NCBI GenBank assembly: GCA_963833365.1
Contig: CAWHXS010000003.1
Coordinates: forward strand, 6,913 to 70,912
Length of the DNA: 64,000 nt
Direction of reading: 5' to 3'
Source: an uncultured Gemmatimonadales bacterium
Lineage (GTDB): Bacteria; Gemmatimonadota; Gemmatimonadetes; Gemmatimonadales; GWC2-71-9
In this document: piece by piece, positions 38,931-48,867 of the stretch
Position numbering within the stretch: the stretch's first letter is position 1
How the letters are laid out: the number at the start of each line of letters is the position of its first letter
The notes under the pieces: model-generated
The model's database searches: none
What the model was told of the DNA's origin: nothing
The model's input: the letters and a program-made list of their open reading frames with translations, nothing else
Position numbers and translations under genes: made by a program

Positions 38931-39958
38931 CCCACGATCTCCCTGATGTCGGCGGCGAATGCGTCCACGTCCTCTTCGGTGGTATCCCACGCGGTCATCC
39001 ACCTCACCTCGGAAGTCACCGGATTCCAGAGTTGAAACCGCCGTCGGGCCTGCAACGGAGCCACCGTTTCCGGCGGGATCACCGCGAAGACACCGTTCGC
39101 CTCGACCGGTTGAGTCATGCGGACCCGTTCGAGTCCCGCGAGTTTCTCGGCGAGGCGACGCGCCATCGCGTTCGCGTGAGAGGCGCTGCGCCGCCAAAGC
39201 TGGTCCCTGAGTAGAGCCTCGAACTGTACCGCAAGGAACCGCATCTTCGACGCGAGGTGGGTCCCCTGCTTACGAAGATACTTGAACTCCGGAATTTCCA
39301 GCCCATTTAGAAACAGGACGGCCTCGGCGCCGAGCAATCCGGCTTTGGTCCCACCGAAGGACACCAGGTCCACACCCACGTCGCTGGTGATTTCGCGAAA
39401 TGACAGCCCCAGGCTGGCTGCCGCATTGCACAGCCGAGCGCCGTCCACGTGGACCAACAAGTCGTTGGCGTGGGCAGCGGCGGTCAGCGCCCGCAACTCG
39501 CCCGGCCGGTACACGGTGCCCAGCTCAGTGGCCTGAGTCATCGAGAGGACTCGTGGCTGGGCCCGGTGTTCGTCGCCGCGGGAGAGAAGAAGCGGTGGCA
39601 GGTCATCTGGCCGAAGCTTGCCGTCCGCCGTCGGTACGGGGAGAAGCTTACAGCCGCTGAATCGTTCCGGGGCTCCGCACTCGTCCACGTCGATGTGGGC
39701 GCCCGCGGCACAGATGACCGCCTGGTAGGGACGAGTTACCGCCTGGAGGCCGAGCACGTTGGCCGCTGTGCCATTCCAGACCAGAAAGGCCGTGGTTCCT
39801 TCTCCGAACTCCTTCTTAAGGGCGGCTTCGGCCGCGGCGGTGTACGGGTCGCCTCCGTACGAGGGCACGTGGCCGCTATTCGCCTCGGCGATAGCCCGGA
39901 GTACTTCCGGGAGGGCTCCGGCGTTGTTGTCGCTGGAGAAATGACGCAACGGGGTCAT
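38927..39958 (-). CDS. ltaE: low-specificity L-threonine aldolase
   Basis: Intact 343-aa ORF containing FSSDNNAG...SYGGDPYT, NGTAANVLGL and FGGTKAGLLGAE (PLP-Lys region). Confidence 0.8.
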   Translation of the reverse strand: MTPLRHFSSDNNAGALPEVLRAIAEANSGHVPSYGGDPYTAAAEAALKKEFGEGTTAFLVWNGTAANVLGLQAVTRPYQAVICAAGAHIDVDECGAPERFSGCKLLPVPTADGKLRPDDLPPLLLSRGDEHRAQPRVLSMTQATELGTVYRPGELRALTAAAHANDLLVHVDGARLCNAAASLGLSFREITSDVGVDLVSFGGTKAGLLGAEAVLFLNGLEIPEFKYLRKQGTHLASKMRFLAVQFEALLRDQLWRRSASHANAMARRLAEKLAGLERVRMTQPVEANGVFAVIPPETVAPLQARRRFQLWNPVTSEVRWMTAWDTTEEDVDAFAADIREIVG

Positions 39959-40851
39959 CTGATGACCATCACCGGCAGCCGCGCGGGTTCGACCCGGATT
40001 TCCATACGGCCCTCGCGGGTGCGGACCTCTCCGTCCAGCTGAGCGACAAGAGGGCCGTCGAGGCCGATCACGGTAAGTGTCGCTGTCCGGAAGCTTCGCA
40101 CGACGCGCAGCCGGGTATGCCAGCCGGGGATGGTGAGCGGCAATCGGAGCAACAAACCGGGAATCGACACCTGACGGATGGCGCAGACATCGAACAATCC
40201 GTCGTCAGGTTGGGCATCAGGAGTCAGACGAAATCCACCACCCACAACATTGCCAATACCGACTTCGAGTAGCATGAGTGCGTCGGTGAAGCTGTTTCCG
40301 TCGTCGGCCAGGACTTCGGCCCGGAATGGCCGGTAGTTTCCCAGCACCCGCACGACCGCGTGGAGGTACCCGGCTAGACCGCCCTTGTGCGGGTTGGCGT
40401 TCATGTAGCGCGCGACTTCCGCGTCGAACCCGATCCCGATCGCATTCAGGAAATATTCCTCCCACGCGATTCCAACATCGAGATAGCGGATCCTTCCCCG
40501 AGCCAGTCGATCAACGGCCCTGGCGGCCGGAAGCCCGACGGTCCCGGCGATCTTGGCGTAGTCGTTCCCGGTGCCGCCGGGAATCACCCCAATAGGTGGC
40601 AGGTCGGGCATCGCCGAGGAGAGAACTCCGTTGGCGGCTTCATGCATGGTGCCGTCACCGCCCAGGACGAGTACTCTCCTCGCGCCTTGCCGCACGGCGT
40701 CACGAACCTGCTCGGTACCGTGACCTGGCGCCCGGGTTTCCAGCAACACCACCTCGCCCCACGCTTCGCGCGCCGCAGCGGCGACTTCGCTCGCGAGGCG
40801 CGCTGCCCGCCCACCGCCGGCGGCGGGGTTCACGAGGAGCAGCGTGCTCAC
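39955..40851 (-). CDS. diacylglycerol kinase family lipid kinase (YegS/BmrU-like)
   Basis: Intact 298-aa ORF containing LLVNPAAGGG, VLVLGGDGTMHEAANG and IPGGTGNDYA. Confidence 0.8.
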   Translation of the reverse strand: MSTLLLVNPAAGGGRAARLASEVAAAAREAWGEVVLLETRAPGHGTEQVRDAVRQGARRVLVLGGDGTMHEAANGVLSSAMPDLPPIGVIPGGTGNDYAKIAGTVGLPAARAVDRLARGRIRYLDVGIAWEEYFLNAIGIGFDAEVARYMNANPHKGGLAGYLHAVVRVLGNYRPFRAEVLADDGNSFTDALMLLEVGIGNVVGGGFRLTPDAQPDDGLFDVCAIRQVSIPGLLLRLPLTIPGWHTRLRVVRSFRTATLTVIGLDGPLVAQLDGEVRTREGRMEIRVEPARLPVMVIR

Positions 40852-40878
40852 GGTGCGGGAGTCCTTTCCCGGGCGGGG

Positions 40879-40976
40879 TGGCGGGAGCGTGTGGGAATCG
40901 AACCCACCGGAGCCGCCGGAGGCGCCTCCGTCGCGGTTTTGAAGACCGGCCAGGCCACCAGGCCCGATCCACCCCC
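40879..40976 (-). tRNA. selC: tRNA-Sec-like gene (anticodon TCA), 98 nt including encoded CCA
   Basis: The reverse complement is GGGGGTGG AT CGGGCC TGGT GGCCTG G CCGGT CTTCAAA ACCGC... CGGAGGCGCCTCCGGCGGCTCCG GTGGG TTCGATT CCCAC ACGCTCCC G CCA. It shows an 8-position acceptor stem (2 G-U pairs, 1 terminal mismatch), a 6-bp D stem with a 4-nt loop and anticodon loop CUUCAAA. It also has a variable arm of about 23 nt with a stem of about 9 bp, a 5-bp T stem and G73. The anticodon stem has only 4 clean pairs. Confidence 0.7.
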
Positions 40977-41016
40977 ATGGTTGGATTGCAGACAGATCTC
41001 AGTGGAGAGAAGATAT

Positions 41017-41106
41017 TTTCAGATTGAAGATTGAAGATTGCAGATTGAAACAGCGAATGTTCCTGTTCCTTTGCAATCTGAAATCTGAAATCTTCAATCT
41101 GAAATT
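41017..41106. repeat. AT-rich inverted heptamer arrays (GATTGAA)n / (TTCAATC, TGAAATC)n forming an imperfect hairpin of about 35 bp
   Basis: The left arm is TTTTCAGATTGAAGATTGAAGATTGCAGATTGAAA. The right arm is TTTGCAATCTGAAATCTGAAATCTTCAATCTGAAAT. The outer 16 bp pair perfectly. It lies between the ridA stop (41116) and the 5' end of tRNA-Sec. Confidence 0.85.
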
Positions 41107-41115
41107 TCTTGACCC

Positions 41116-41499
41116 CTACACCGTCGCCACAACATCAATCTCCACCCTCACCCCTCGCGGCAGCGCGGCGACAGCAACGGTTGACCGGGCAGGTTTGTGG
41201 GAACCGAAGGCGGTAGCGTAGACCTCGTTCATCGCAGTGAAGTCGGCCATGTCGACGAGGAACACGGTGGTCTTCACCACTTTTGAAAAATCAGATCCCG
41301 CCGCCTTGAGCACGGCCTGAAGATTCGCGAGCACCCGCTCGGTCTGCTCCCGGATTCCTCCGGTGACAACCTCCATGGTGGTCGGGTCGAACGCAATCTG
41401 GCCCGCCGTGTACACCATCCCGTTTACGACGGTAGCCTGGCTGTAGGGCCCGATGGCCTCGGGTGCGTTGTCGGTCGCTATCGGTTTAATAGGAGCCAT
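41116..41499 (-). CDS. ridA: RidA family reactive enamine/imine deaminase (YjgF/L-PSP)
   Basis: Intact 127-aa ORF containing APEAIGPYSQA, VYTAGQIAFDP, TTVFLVDMADF and ARSTVAVAALPRGVRVEI. Confidence 0.88.
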   Translation of the reverse strand: MAPIKPIATDNAPEAIGPYSQATVVNGMVYTAGQIAFDPTTMEVVTGGIREQTERVLANLQAVLKAAGSDFSKVVKTTVFLVDMADFTAMNEVYATAFGSHKPARSTVAVAALPRGVRVEIDVVATV

Positions 41500-41515
41500 T
41501 GGTTCCTTGTCGGAA

Positions 41516-41565
41516 GCAGGGAGTAGGTGGTGGGGGGTGGGGTCCTACCACCCACCACCCACTGC
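41516..41565. repeat. G-rich/C-rich inverted array hairpin (GGTGG-type units)
   Basis: GCAGGGAGTAGGTGGTGGGGGGTGGGG-T-CCTACCACCCACCACCCACTGC. It lies between the fhs stop (41575) and the ridA start (41499). Confidence 0.8.
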
Positions 41566-41574
41566 CGACAACCG

Positions 41575-43248
41575 TTAGAAGAGTCCTTCGATTCTGCCAT
41601 CCTCGTGCACTCGAATCGCCTCGGCCGACGGAGTCTTGCTGAGGCCCGGCATGGTCATGATCTCCCCGGCCAGCGCAACGACGAAGCCCGCACCAGCCGA
41701 TGCATATACATCGCGAACGTTGATCTTGAAGCCGGTGGGCCGGCCCAGTTTCGTGGGATCGTCGCTGAAGGAATACTGGGTCTTGGCCATGCAGACCGGC
41801 GTCTGACCCAGTCCCATGTCCTCACATTGCTGGATCGACTTGTCCGCCGTCGCCGAGAAGGTGACGCCTTCAGCGCCGTAGACCTGCATGGCAATGGTCT
41901 GGATCTTCTGCTTGATGGGCAGCGATGCGTCGTAGATCGGCTTGAAATTGGCCTTGCCTTCGGCCAGAGTCTGCAGAATCTCCTTCGCAACGTCCTCGCC
42001 CCCTTCCCCACCACGAGCCCAGACGTCACTCAGCGCCGCACGCGCGTTCCAGCCCCGGGCGGCCTCCAGCACCGCCTTCTGTTCCTCCTCGGTGTCCGAG
42101 AGGAAGCGATTGAGCGCGACGACGACCGGCACCCCGAATTTCTGCACGTTCTTCACATGGGCTTCGAGGTTCACGAGACCGCGAACCAATGCCGCGACAT
42201 CCGGAGTCCCCAAGTTCTCCTTCTTGACCCCGCCGTGCATCTTGAGCGCCCGCACCGTTGCGACGACGACCGCCGCCTCCGGCTTGAGCCCGCCGAAGCG
42301 GCACTTGATGTCGAAGAATTTTTCCGCGCCCAGATCCGCACCGAAACCCGCCTCGGTCAGCACGATCTCGCCTAGCGAAAGGCCGAGCTTGGTAGCGGCG
42401 AGCGAATTACAACCGTGCGCGATGTTCCCGAAGGGGCCGCCATGCACCAGGGCCGGACCGCCCTCCAGGGTCTGCACCAGGTTGGGGAGAATGGCGTCCT
42501 TTAGCAGCAGGGTCATCGCGCCCGAGGCCTTGAGGTCGCCGGCTCGAACCGGTTTCCGATCTCGGGTGAGTCCGACGATGATGCTCGCGAGTCTCCGCTC
42601 CAGGTCCTGGAGATCGGTGGCGAGGCAGAGAATCGCCATGATCTCGCTGCCCGGCACGATGACGAAGCGGTCCTCCCGCGTGGGCCCCCCGTTCAGGCCC
42701 CCCATTCCCACGATGATCGAGCGTAGCGCCCGGTCATTCATATCGATCGTGCGGGGCCAGGTGATCCGGCGGAGATCGAGGCCGAGAGCGTTCCCTTGAT
42801 GCAGGTGATTGTCCAGCATCGCGGAAAGCAGGTTGTGCGCCGAGGTGATCGCGTGAAAATCGCCGGTGAAATGCAGGTTGATCTCGTCCATCGGGACCAC
42901 CTGCGCATACCCACCACCGGCCGCGCCGCCTTTGACGCCGAACACGGGCCCCAGCGAGGGCTCACGGATACAGACAACCACCTTCTTGCCGAGCCGTCGC
43001 ATGGCCTGGGCGACTCCCACCGTCACGGTGGATTTGCCTTCCCCTGCCGGAGTCGGACTGATGCCCGTCACCAGGACGAGTCGGCCCGTCGGTTTCCGCT
43101 TGGAGATGGCCTCGGCGGTGATCTTCGCCTTGTGCCGGCCGTAGGGCAGGAACTCATCGGGCCCGAGGCCGAGCTCGGCCGCTACGTCGCCGATGGGACG
43201 GAGCTTGGCTGCCTGGGCGATTTCGATGTCGGTTGGGACCTTGGTCAT
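41575..43248 (-). CDS. fhs: formate--tetrahydrofolate ligase
   Basis: Intact 557-aa ORF containing [33 protein letters not shown] and [14 protein letters not shown]. Confidence 0.93.
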   Translation of the reverse strand: MTKVPTDIEIAQAAKLRPIGDVAAELGLGPDEFLPYGRHKAKITAEAISKRKPTGRLVLVTGISPTPAGEGKSTVTVGVAQAMRRLGKKVVVCIREPSLGPVFGVKGGAAGGGYAQVVPMDEINLHFTGDFHAITSAHNLLSAMLDNHLHQGNALGLDLRRITWPRTIDMNDRALRSIIVGMGGLNGGPTREDRFVIVPGSEIMAILCLATDLQDLERRLASIIVGLTRDRKPVRAGDLKASGAMTLLLKDAILPNLVQTLEGGPALVHGGPFGNIAHGCNSLAATKLGLSLGEIVLTEAGFGADLGAEKFFDIKCRFGGLKPEAAVVVATVRALKMHGGVKKENLGTPDVAALVRGLVNLEAHVKNVQKFGVPVVVALNRFLSDTEEEQKAVLEAARGWNARAALSDVWARGGEGGEDVAKEILQTLAEGKANFKPIYDASLPIKQKIQTIAMQVYGAEGVTFSATADKSIQQCEDMGLGQTPVCMAKTQYSFSDDPTKLGRPTGFKINVRDVYASAGAGFVVALAGEIMTMPGLSKTPSAEAIRVHEDGRIEGLF

Positions 43249-44057
43249 CTGCGAGACGGCTCCTCACCGGGATTCAATCTCGGACCGAATACCCGCGCGG
43301 CATTCGCGCTGGTCAATTCCAGCATGTCCTGCAAAGACCGGCCGCGCACCTCGGCGAGACGCGCCGCCGTCCTCTCTACAAACGCCGGTTCGTTGCGCCG
43401 GCCCCGGTGAGGAACCGGCGCCAGATACGGGGCGTCGGTCTCCACCAGCAAGCGGTCGAGCGGGATCTCCTGGATCGCCGCATCGAGCCGCCAACTCTTG
43501 AAAGTGATCATCCCACTGAACGACACATAGTGCCCGAGGTCCAGCCCGGCCCGCAAGAGGGCCGGTCCGCTGCTGAACGAATGAAGGATCGCGGTCGCCC
43601 GTGGGTGGTTGCGCAGGATGGCGGCTACATCGTCGTCCGCTTCACGCGCGTGGATCACGGCCGGACGACTCGCCGCGGTGGCGAGGCCGAGCTGGCGATC
43701 GAAGACCTCCCGCTGCACCTCGCGGGGAGAATAATCGTAGTGGTAGTCCAGCCCCATCTCGCCGGCCGCCACCACTCGCGGATCCCGCAGTTGCTGCGCC
43801 AGCCAGGTCTCGGTCTCGGAGGTCCAGTGCCGGGCTTCGTGGGGATGAAGGCCGGCAGTCGCCGAGAGGCGAGCGTCGGTCGCCGCGAGCCCCAGCGCCT
43901 TCTCCGCGGTCACCGGGGTTTCCCCGATCACTACTACATGCTCGACACCAGCCGCCCACGCACGCTCCAGCACTCCCTCCCGATCCGGATCGAAGGCCGG
44001 ATCGGCGAGGTGGCAGTGGGTGTCGATCAGCCTCTTACCCCACGGGCTGGGCGGCAC
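43245..44057 (-). CDS. tatD: TatD family metal-dependent hydrolase
   Basis: Intact 270-aa ORF containing [13 protein letters not shown] and ILHSFSG. The GTG start overlaps the secF 3' end by 23 nt. Confidence 0.85.
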   Translation of the reverse strand: MPPSPWGKRLIDTHCHLADPAFDPDREGVLERAWAAGVEHVVVIGETPVTAEKALGLAATDARLSATAGLHPHEARHWTSETETWLAQQLRDPRVVAAGEMGLDYHYDYSPREVQREVFDRQLGLATAASRPAVIHAREADDDVAAILRNHPRATAILHSFSSGPALLRAGLDLGHYVSFSGMITFKSWRLDAAIQEIPLDRLLVETDAPYLAPVPHRGRRNEPAFVERTAARLAEVRGRSLQDMLELTSANAARVFGPRLNPGEEPSRR

Positions 44058-45006
44058 GGCCCGCGGGGGCGCGGGTCGACCGCGGCGCCGCAGCGCCGAT
44101 GGGCGGCCAGCGGCGACGGATGTAGAGCAGGACGGCCGGGGCGATGAACATCGACGAGAAGATGCCGGTGAAGACGCCGAAGAACATGACGAGGGCGAAG
44201 GGACGGATCACCTCGCCGCCAAAGATTGCCAGCGTCATCATCGTGGCGAGCGCGGTGCCGTGGGTCAGCACGGTGCGGGGCAGCGTCTCGTTGATGGACC
44301 GGTTGAGGGTGGTGCGGAGATCGGGATAGCGACGATGCCGCTCGTTCTCTCTCACCCGGTCGAAGATGATGATGGTCTCGTTGAGCGAGAGACCCAGCAC
44401 CGACAGCACCGCGCCAACGACCACGAGACTGACCTCGAGGTGTAGAACGCTGATGAAGATGACCGTGCCAAGCACGTCGTGCGCCGTGGCGAGAATGGAC
44501 GACAGGCCGAAGCGCCACTCGAACCGGACCGCGAGATAGATGAGGATGGCACCGAACGCGAGAAGAATCGCGGTCAAGGCCTTCTGGCGAAGCTCACCGC
44601 CCACCTTGGGCCCCACGGCCTCGGTGCGGCCGATGGTGTACTTCCCCTCGCCCAGGCTCGAATCCAGCGCCTTCCGCACTGCGCTCACCGTGGCGTCGGT
44701 GTTGTCCTGGTCGGGCGCCTCCTTGCTGAGTCGCGCTCGAACCACGTACTCGCTGTCGGCGCCGAATGACTGGATCTCCGCGCCGGGGACGCCCTCGTGA
44801 TCCAAAGCGCTACGCAGTTTGCTGACGTCCACGGGTACCTGGCTGGCGATCTGCACCAGGGTGCCTCCCGTGAACTCGATGCTGTAGTTGAGCCCACGAA
44901 TGAGCAGGAGAATCAGACCGGGGACGAACCAGATCGCCGTGAAGATGTAGGCGTACCGGCGTACCCCGATGAAATCGATCTTGGTGTTAGTGAAGACGCG
45001 GCGCAT
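44035..45006 (-). CDS. secF: protein translocase subunit SecF
   Basis: Intact 323-aa ORF containing KIDFIGVRRYAY, LNYSIEFTGGT and SLNETIIIFDRVRE. Confidence 0.9.
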   Translation of the reverse strand: MRRVFTNTKIDFIGVRRYAYIFTAIWFVPGLILLLIRGLNYSIEFTGGTLVQIASQVPVDVSKLRSALDHEGVPGAEIQSFGADSEYVVRARLSKEAPDQDNTDATVSAVRKALDSSLGEGKYTIGRTEAVGPKVGGELRQKALTAILLAFGAILIYLAVRFEWRFGLSSILATAHDVLGTVIFISVLHLEVSLVVVGAVLSVLGLSLNETIIIFDRVRENERHRRYPDLRTTLNRSINETLPRTVLTHGTALATMMTLAIFGGEVIRPFALVMFFGVFTGIFSSMFIAPAVLLYIRRRWPPIGAAAPRSTRAPAGRAAQPVG

Positions 45007-45009
45007 GGG

Positions 45010-46659
45010 TCAGATACTCAGCGTGGTCATGTTCGGCCGGCGCTCAAGCCAGATCATGAAGAAGGTGCGGGTGACGAAAATAGCCGTCACCATCGAGGCG
45101 AGGGTGCCCAGGGTGAGGGTGACCGCAAAGCCCTTCACCGGGCCGGTACCGAACTGGTAGAGCAGCAAGGCGGTTACGATGGCGCAGACGTTCGAGTCCA
45201 CGATCGCGTTCCACGCCCGCTTGAAGCCTTCATCAATTGCCAGGCGGACCGTCTTCCCCAGCGCCAGCTCTTCCCGTATGCGTTCAAAGATCAGCACGTT
45301 CGCGTCTACCGCGAGGCCGATCGAGACCACGATACCGGCGAGGCCGGGCAGCGTGAGTGTCGCGTCCAGCGACGCGAGCCCGCCCAGGGTAAACAGGATG
45401 TAGATCGCCAGGGCAAAGACCGCGAGAATTCCGGCGACCCGGTAGTACCCGATCATGATCAGGATCACGATGATGCTGCCGACAAGGCCGGCGGTGATGC
45501 CCTTTCGGATCGAGTCCTGCCCCAGGCTCGCGCCGACCTGACGGTAGTCAACAACCTTGAGAGGAATCGGCAGCGCGCCGGCTCTCAGCGTCAGGGCCAG
45601 GTCACGCGCCTCCTGGAAGGTGCGGCCGGTCAGGGTGATCTGCCCGCGCCGGTCGATCCGGCTCTGAATCACCGGTGGCCTGCCCTGCACCCGGTCATCC
45701 AGGAGAATCGCCATGTAGTTGCCGATGTTCCGTCCGGTGCCATCGCCGAATTTGCGGGCGCCGGTCCGGTCGAGCTCGAAGGTGACGATCGGGCCGCTGG
45801 TGAGCGGATCGATCTCCTCCTTGGCATCCACCAGGTTCTGACCGGTGACGATCGCCCGGTCCTCCAGCGAATAGAGCAGTCGGTAGGACTCGGCGCCCAC
45901 GCTGGTTGGACTCGAGGCCCACCGCAGCACGAGGTTCCGCGGCAATGCGGATAGCACTTCGGGAAGGTGCAGCAGGCTATCGACCCGGGGGAACGCGGTC
46001 TCCTTCACGAGGTATTCCCCCGGAACGGGCGAGTATCCCGCCTGAGCGCCACTCTGGATCAGGCTGCTAAGGACGCCGCCAACCACGACGCCGGTATCGG
46101 TCGCGGCAGCCTTCTTACTGGTATCGCCCTGCAGCAGCTGGGTGACGGCGCTCGGCTGGGTCGGGGCGCCCGCGGCAGGCTTCACCCCGGCGCGCAGCAG
46201 TGCCCGGTCGAGAGCGGGGAGCGCCTTTTCCAGTGCCTCGCTCCGGTCGGTGATGCGGAACTCGAGGAACGCGCTCCGCTGCACGATGGCCTTGGCTCGG
46301 GCGGGATCGGTGATGCCCGCCAGTTCCACGATGATCCGGTCATCACCCTGCTTCTGGATCAGCGGCTCGGTAACGCCGAACTCGTCGATCCGCTTGCGCA
46401 GCACGGTGAGGGCCAGGTCGAGATCCCGAGACGGGTCCGCCGAGACGCGGCTCGACTGGTCGAGTTCGAGGCCAAGGTGCATTCCACCCTGGAGGTCGAG
46501 ACCCAGCTTGAGCGGAACCCGGCGCACGGTCGTGTCGCGCATGACACCGGTATTGACGTCGCGCTCCCGGATCGTCGTATTGCGCGGAATGAGCGCGACG
46601 ATGGAGCCGATGATGAGCAACGCGATGATGATTACGCGCGATCGAATGGAATCGAACAT
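45010..46659 (-). CDS. secD: protein translocase subunit SecD
   Basis: Intact 549-aa ORF containing LGLDLQGGMHL, RIDEFGVTEPLIQKQG and GIVVSIGLAVDANVLIFERIREE. Confidence 0.92.
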   Translation of the reverse strand: MFDSIRSRVIIIALLIIGSIVALIPRNTTIRERDVNTGVMRDTTVRRVPLKLGLDLQGGMHLGLELDQSSRVSADPSRDLDLALTVLRKRIDEFGVTEPLIQKQGDDRIIVELAGITDPARAKAIVQRSAFLEFRITDRSEALEKALPALDRALLRAGVKPAAGAPTQPSAVTQLLQGDTSKKAAATDTGVVVGGVLSSLIQSGAQAGYSPVPGEYLVKETAFPRVDSLLHLPEVLSALPRNLVLRWASSPTSVGAESYRLLYSLEDRAIVTGQNLVDAKEEIDPLTSGPIVTFELDRTGARKFGDGTGRNIGNYMAILLDDRVQGRPPVIQSRIDRRGQITLTGRTFQEARDLALTLRAGALPIPLKVVDYRQVGASLGQDSIRKGITAGLVGSIIVILIMIGYYRVAGILAVFALAIYILFTLGGLASLDATLTLPGLAGIVVSIGLAVDANVLIFERIREELALGKTVRLAIDEGFKRAWNAIVDSNVCAIVTALLLYQFGTGPVKGFAVTLTLGTLASMVTAIFVTRTFFMIWLERRPNMTTLSI

Positions 46660-46667
46660 CGTCCTTG

Positions 46668-47612
46668 TCAGGTATGTGAGACATGACGGGGGTCAGCACT
46701 GATTCGGCTCAGTGCGGCCGCTGCGTCTGCCCGGTCACGCTGCAACTGTTCCACCAGTTTCTCCGGCGACGCGAAGGTCATCACGTCGCGCAGCCGCTCC
46801 ACCCACTCGACCTTCACCCAGTCCCCGTAGAGATTCGCGTCCACCCCGAAGAGGTGCACTTCCACGCTCCGCCGCAGGTCTCCGAACGTCGGCTTGGGCC
46901 CCTGATTGAGCATTCCTCCGGCCTTGCCTCCGGCCCACTCCACTGTCGCGGCGTAGACCCCGTCCGGCGGCAGCAACTTCCTCGCTGGGAATCCGCCCAG
47001 GTTGATCGTGGGCACTCCGATCGTTCTGCCCCGTCCTGCCCCGCGTTCCACGACGCCGCTCACTGAATAGGGCCGCCCGAGCAGCCGTTGCGCGCTGGCC
47101 AGGTCGCCGCCCGCGACGGCGCGACGGATCTGGGTGCTGGATACCGGGTGACCACCCAACTCCACCGGACCGACCACGTCCACCGTGAAGCCATCACTGG
47201 CGCCAAGCCGTCGCAGGGTCTCTACGTCGCCACTGCGTCCGCGCCCGAAGCCGTGATCGTGACCGATCACCAGCTCGCGCATGCGGCAGCGACCGATCAG
47301 CACTTCCCGGACGAACCGCTCCGGGCTGTAACTCGCCAGCTCCCGGTCGAACCGGAGGAACACGACGTAGTCCAGTCCGGTCTGGGCCAGCGCCTCTCGG
47401 CGTTCCGCTCCCGACGTGAGAAGCGGTGGCGCAGCCTGAGGATTCACCACCTCGAGCGGATGCGGCTCGAAGGTGACCAGCACGCTCTTCCGTCCCGCGA
47501 CGCGTGCCCGATCCACGATCTCGCGAAGAACCGCCTGATGCCCCCGGTGCACTCCATCGAACATGCCGACGGTCACCGTCGTGCCGTTCGGATACTCGGG
47601 CAAGAAAGCCAT
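46668..47612 (-). CDS. ribF: bifunctional riboflavin kinase / FMN adenylyltransferase
   Basis: Intact 314-aa ORF containing VGMFDGVHRGHQAVL, LVTFEPHP and GRTIGVPTINL. The ATG overlaps the truB stop (TGATG). Confidence 0.9.
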   Translation of the reverse strand: MAFLPEYPNGTTVTVGMFDGVHRGHQAVLREIVDRARVAGRKSVLVTFEPHPLEVVNPQAAPPLLTSGAERREALAQTGLDYVVFLRFDRELASYSPERFVREVLIGRCRMRELVIGHDHGFGRGRSGDVETLRRLGASDGFTVDVVGPVELGGHPVSSTQIRRAVAGGDLASAQRLLGRPYSVSGVVERGAGRGRTIGVPTINLGGFPARKLLPPDGVYAATVEWAGGKAGGMLNQGPKPTFGDLRRSVEVHLFGVDANLYGDWVKVEWVERLRDVMTFASPEKLVEQLQRDRADAAAALSRISADPRHVSHT

Positions 47613-48511
47613 CAGCTCTCCGCGGGCTCCAGTACCACTTCAGGACGGAACAGCTTGTCCTCAACCCGCCCCACGGCGATCAGTCGGTCCCCCTCTCCCA
47701 CACCTGCAACCGAACCGCTGACGGAGGACTCGGGCTCGATCCGGGCCGCGCGCCCATGACCCACGTCCGTCACCTGCGCCTCGCTCAGGTCGATCCTGGG
47801 CAGATGCCCCAGTACCGAGAGCGGCGCCAGAATCGGGGTTTCCGTACTGAGCGCCTCGAGCGACACAGCCTGCTCGATCCGCAGGCTTCCGATTGCTTCG
47901 CGTCGCAGCGCAGTCAGATGTGCCCCGGTTCCCAACACCTCGCCGATATCGCGGGCGAGAGCCCGGACGTAGGTCCCGGCACTCACCCGAGTCCGGAACA
48001 CCAGCTCCGGAAAGCGAAATTCCATCAGCTCCAACGCGTGCACCGTCACATCCGACTCGGACAGCTCCAGCATCACGCCGCGCCGGGCCAGACGATAGCT
48101 TCGTTCCCCACCGACCTTCCGCGCCGAAAATGCCGGCGGCCGCTGCTTCTGCGGGCCGAGGAAGCCATGGAGAGCTGCTTCGACGGCTCCGCGGCTCGGT
48201 ACCTCACCCCCTGGCCCCCTCTCCGCGTCGCGGAGAGGGGGAACGAGACTGATGATTTCACCCGTCAGGTCATCGGTCGTGGTTCGCACGCCGAGTTTCG
48301 CCGTCGCCAAGTAGGTCTTATCGTGCCGCTCCACGAACTGCGCCAGCCTCGTCGCGCGACCGAGCAGGATCACCAGCAGCCCGCTCGCGAACGGATCCAG
48401 AGTGCCGGTGTGTCCCACCGCCTTCATGCGGAGCGCGCGCCGGACCCGGGTTACCACGTCGTGCGAAGTGGGTCCAACCGGCTTGTCCACCAGCAGCGCG
48501 CCTGACCTCAG
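47612..48511 (-). CDS. truB: tRNA pseudouridine(55) synthase
   Basis: Contains GALLVDKPVGPTSHDVV and VGHTGTLDPFASGLLVILLG. The ORF-track start at 48727 overlaps rbfA. The likely start is CTG 48511 or GTG 48490, just after the rbfA stop (48508-48510). Confidence 0.88.
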   Translation of the reverse strand: MRSGALLVDKPVGPTSHDVVTRVRRALRMKAVGHTGTLDPFASGLLVILLGRATRLAQFVERHDKTYLATAKLGVRTTTDDLTGEIISLVPPLRDAERGPGGEVPSRGAVEAALHGFLGPQKQRPPAFSARKVGGERSYRLARRGVMLELSESDVTVHALELMEFRFPELVFRTRVSAGTYVRALARDIGEVLGTGAHLTALRREAIGSLRIEQAVSLEALSTETPILAPLSVLGHLPRIDLSEAQVTDVGHGRAARIEPESSVSGSVAGVGEGDRLIAVGRVEDKLFRPEVVLEPAES

Positions 48512-48867
48512 GCCGGCTCCTCGCGCTTGAGCTCGGCCAGCACCGCGTTGATCCGGGCGGCGTGTTCGAGACCCCGATCCAGCTCGAACTTCACTTCCGG
48601 TACGACCCGGGTGTGCAGCGCCTTCCCCAGCTTCGACCGAAAGAAGCCCGCCGCGCTGCGAAGCCCTTCCAGCGCGCGGGCCTTGTCGGCTTCCTCGCCC
48701 ATCACGCTGACGCTCACCGTGGCCCACGACAGCTCGTTGCTGACCACGACGCGAGTCACCGTGACCATGCCGATCCGCGGGTCGCGCACCTCGGTGAGCA
48801 GTGCATCGCTCACCACCTGCCGCACCGTCTCGGCCATCTGTTCCGGCCGCCGGGATGGTCCCTTCAT
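48508..48867 (-). CDS. rbfA: ribosome-binding factor A
   Basis: Intact 119-aa ORF containing RPEQMAETVRQVVSDAL, DPRIGMVTVTRV and PEVKFELD. Confidence 0.88.
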   Translation of the reverse strand: MKGPSRRPEQMAETVRQVVSDALLTEVRDPRIGMVTVTRVVVSNELSWATVSVSVMGEEADKARALEGLRSAAGFFRSKLGKALHTRVVPEVKFELDRGLEHAARINAVLAELKREEPA

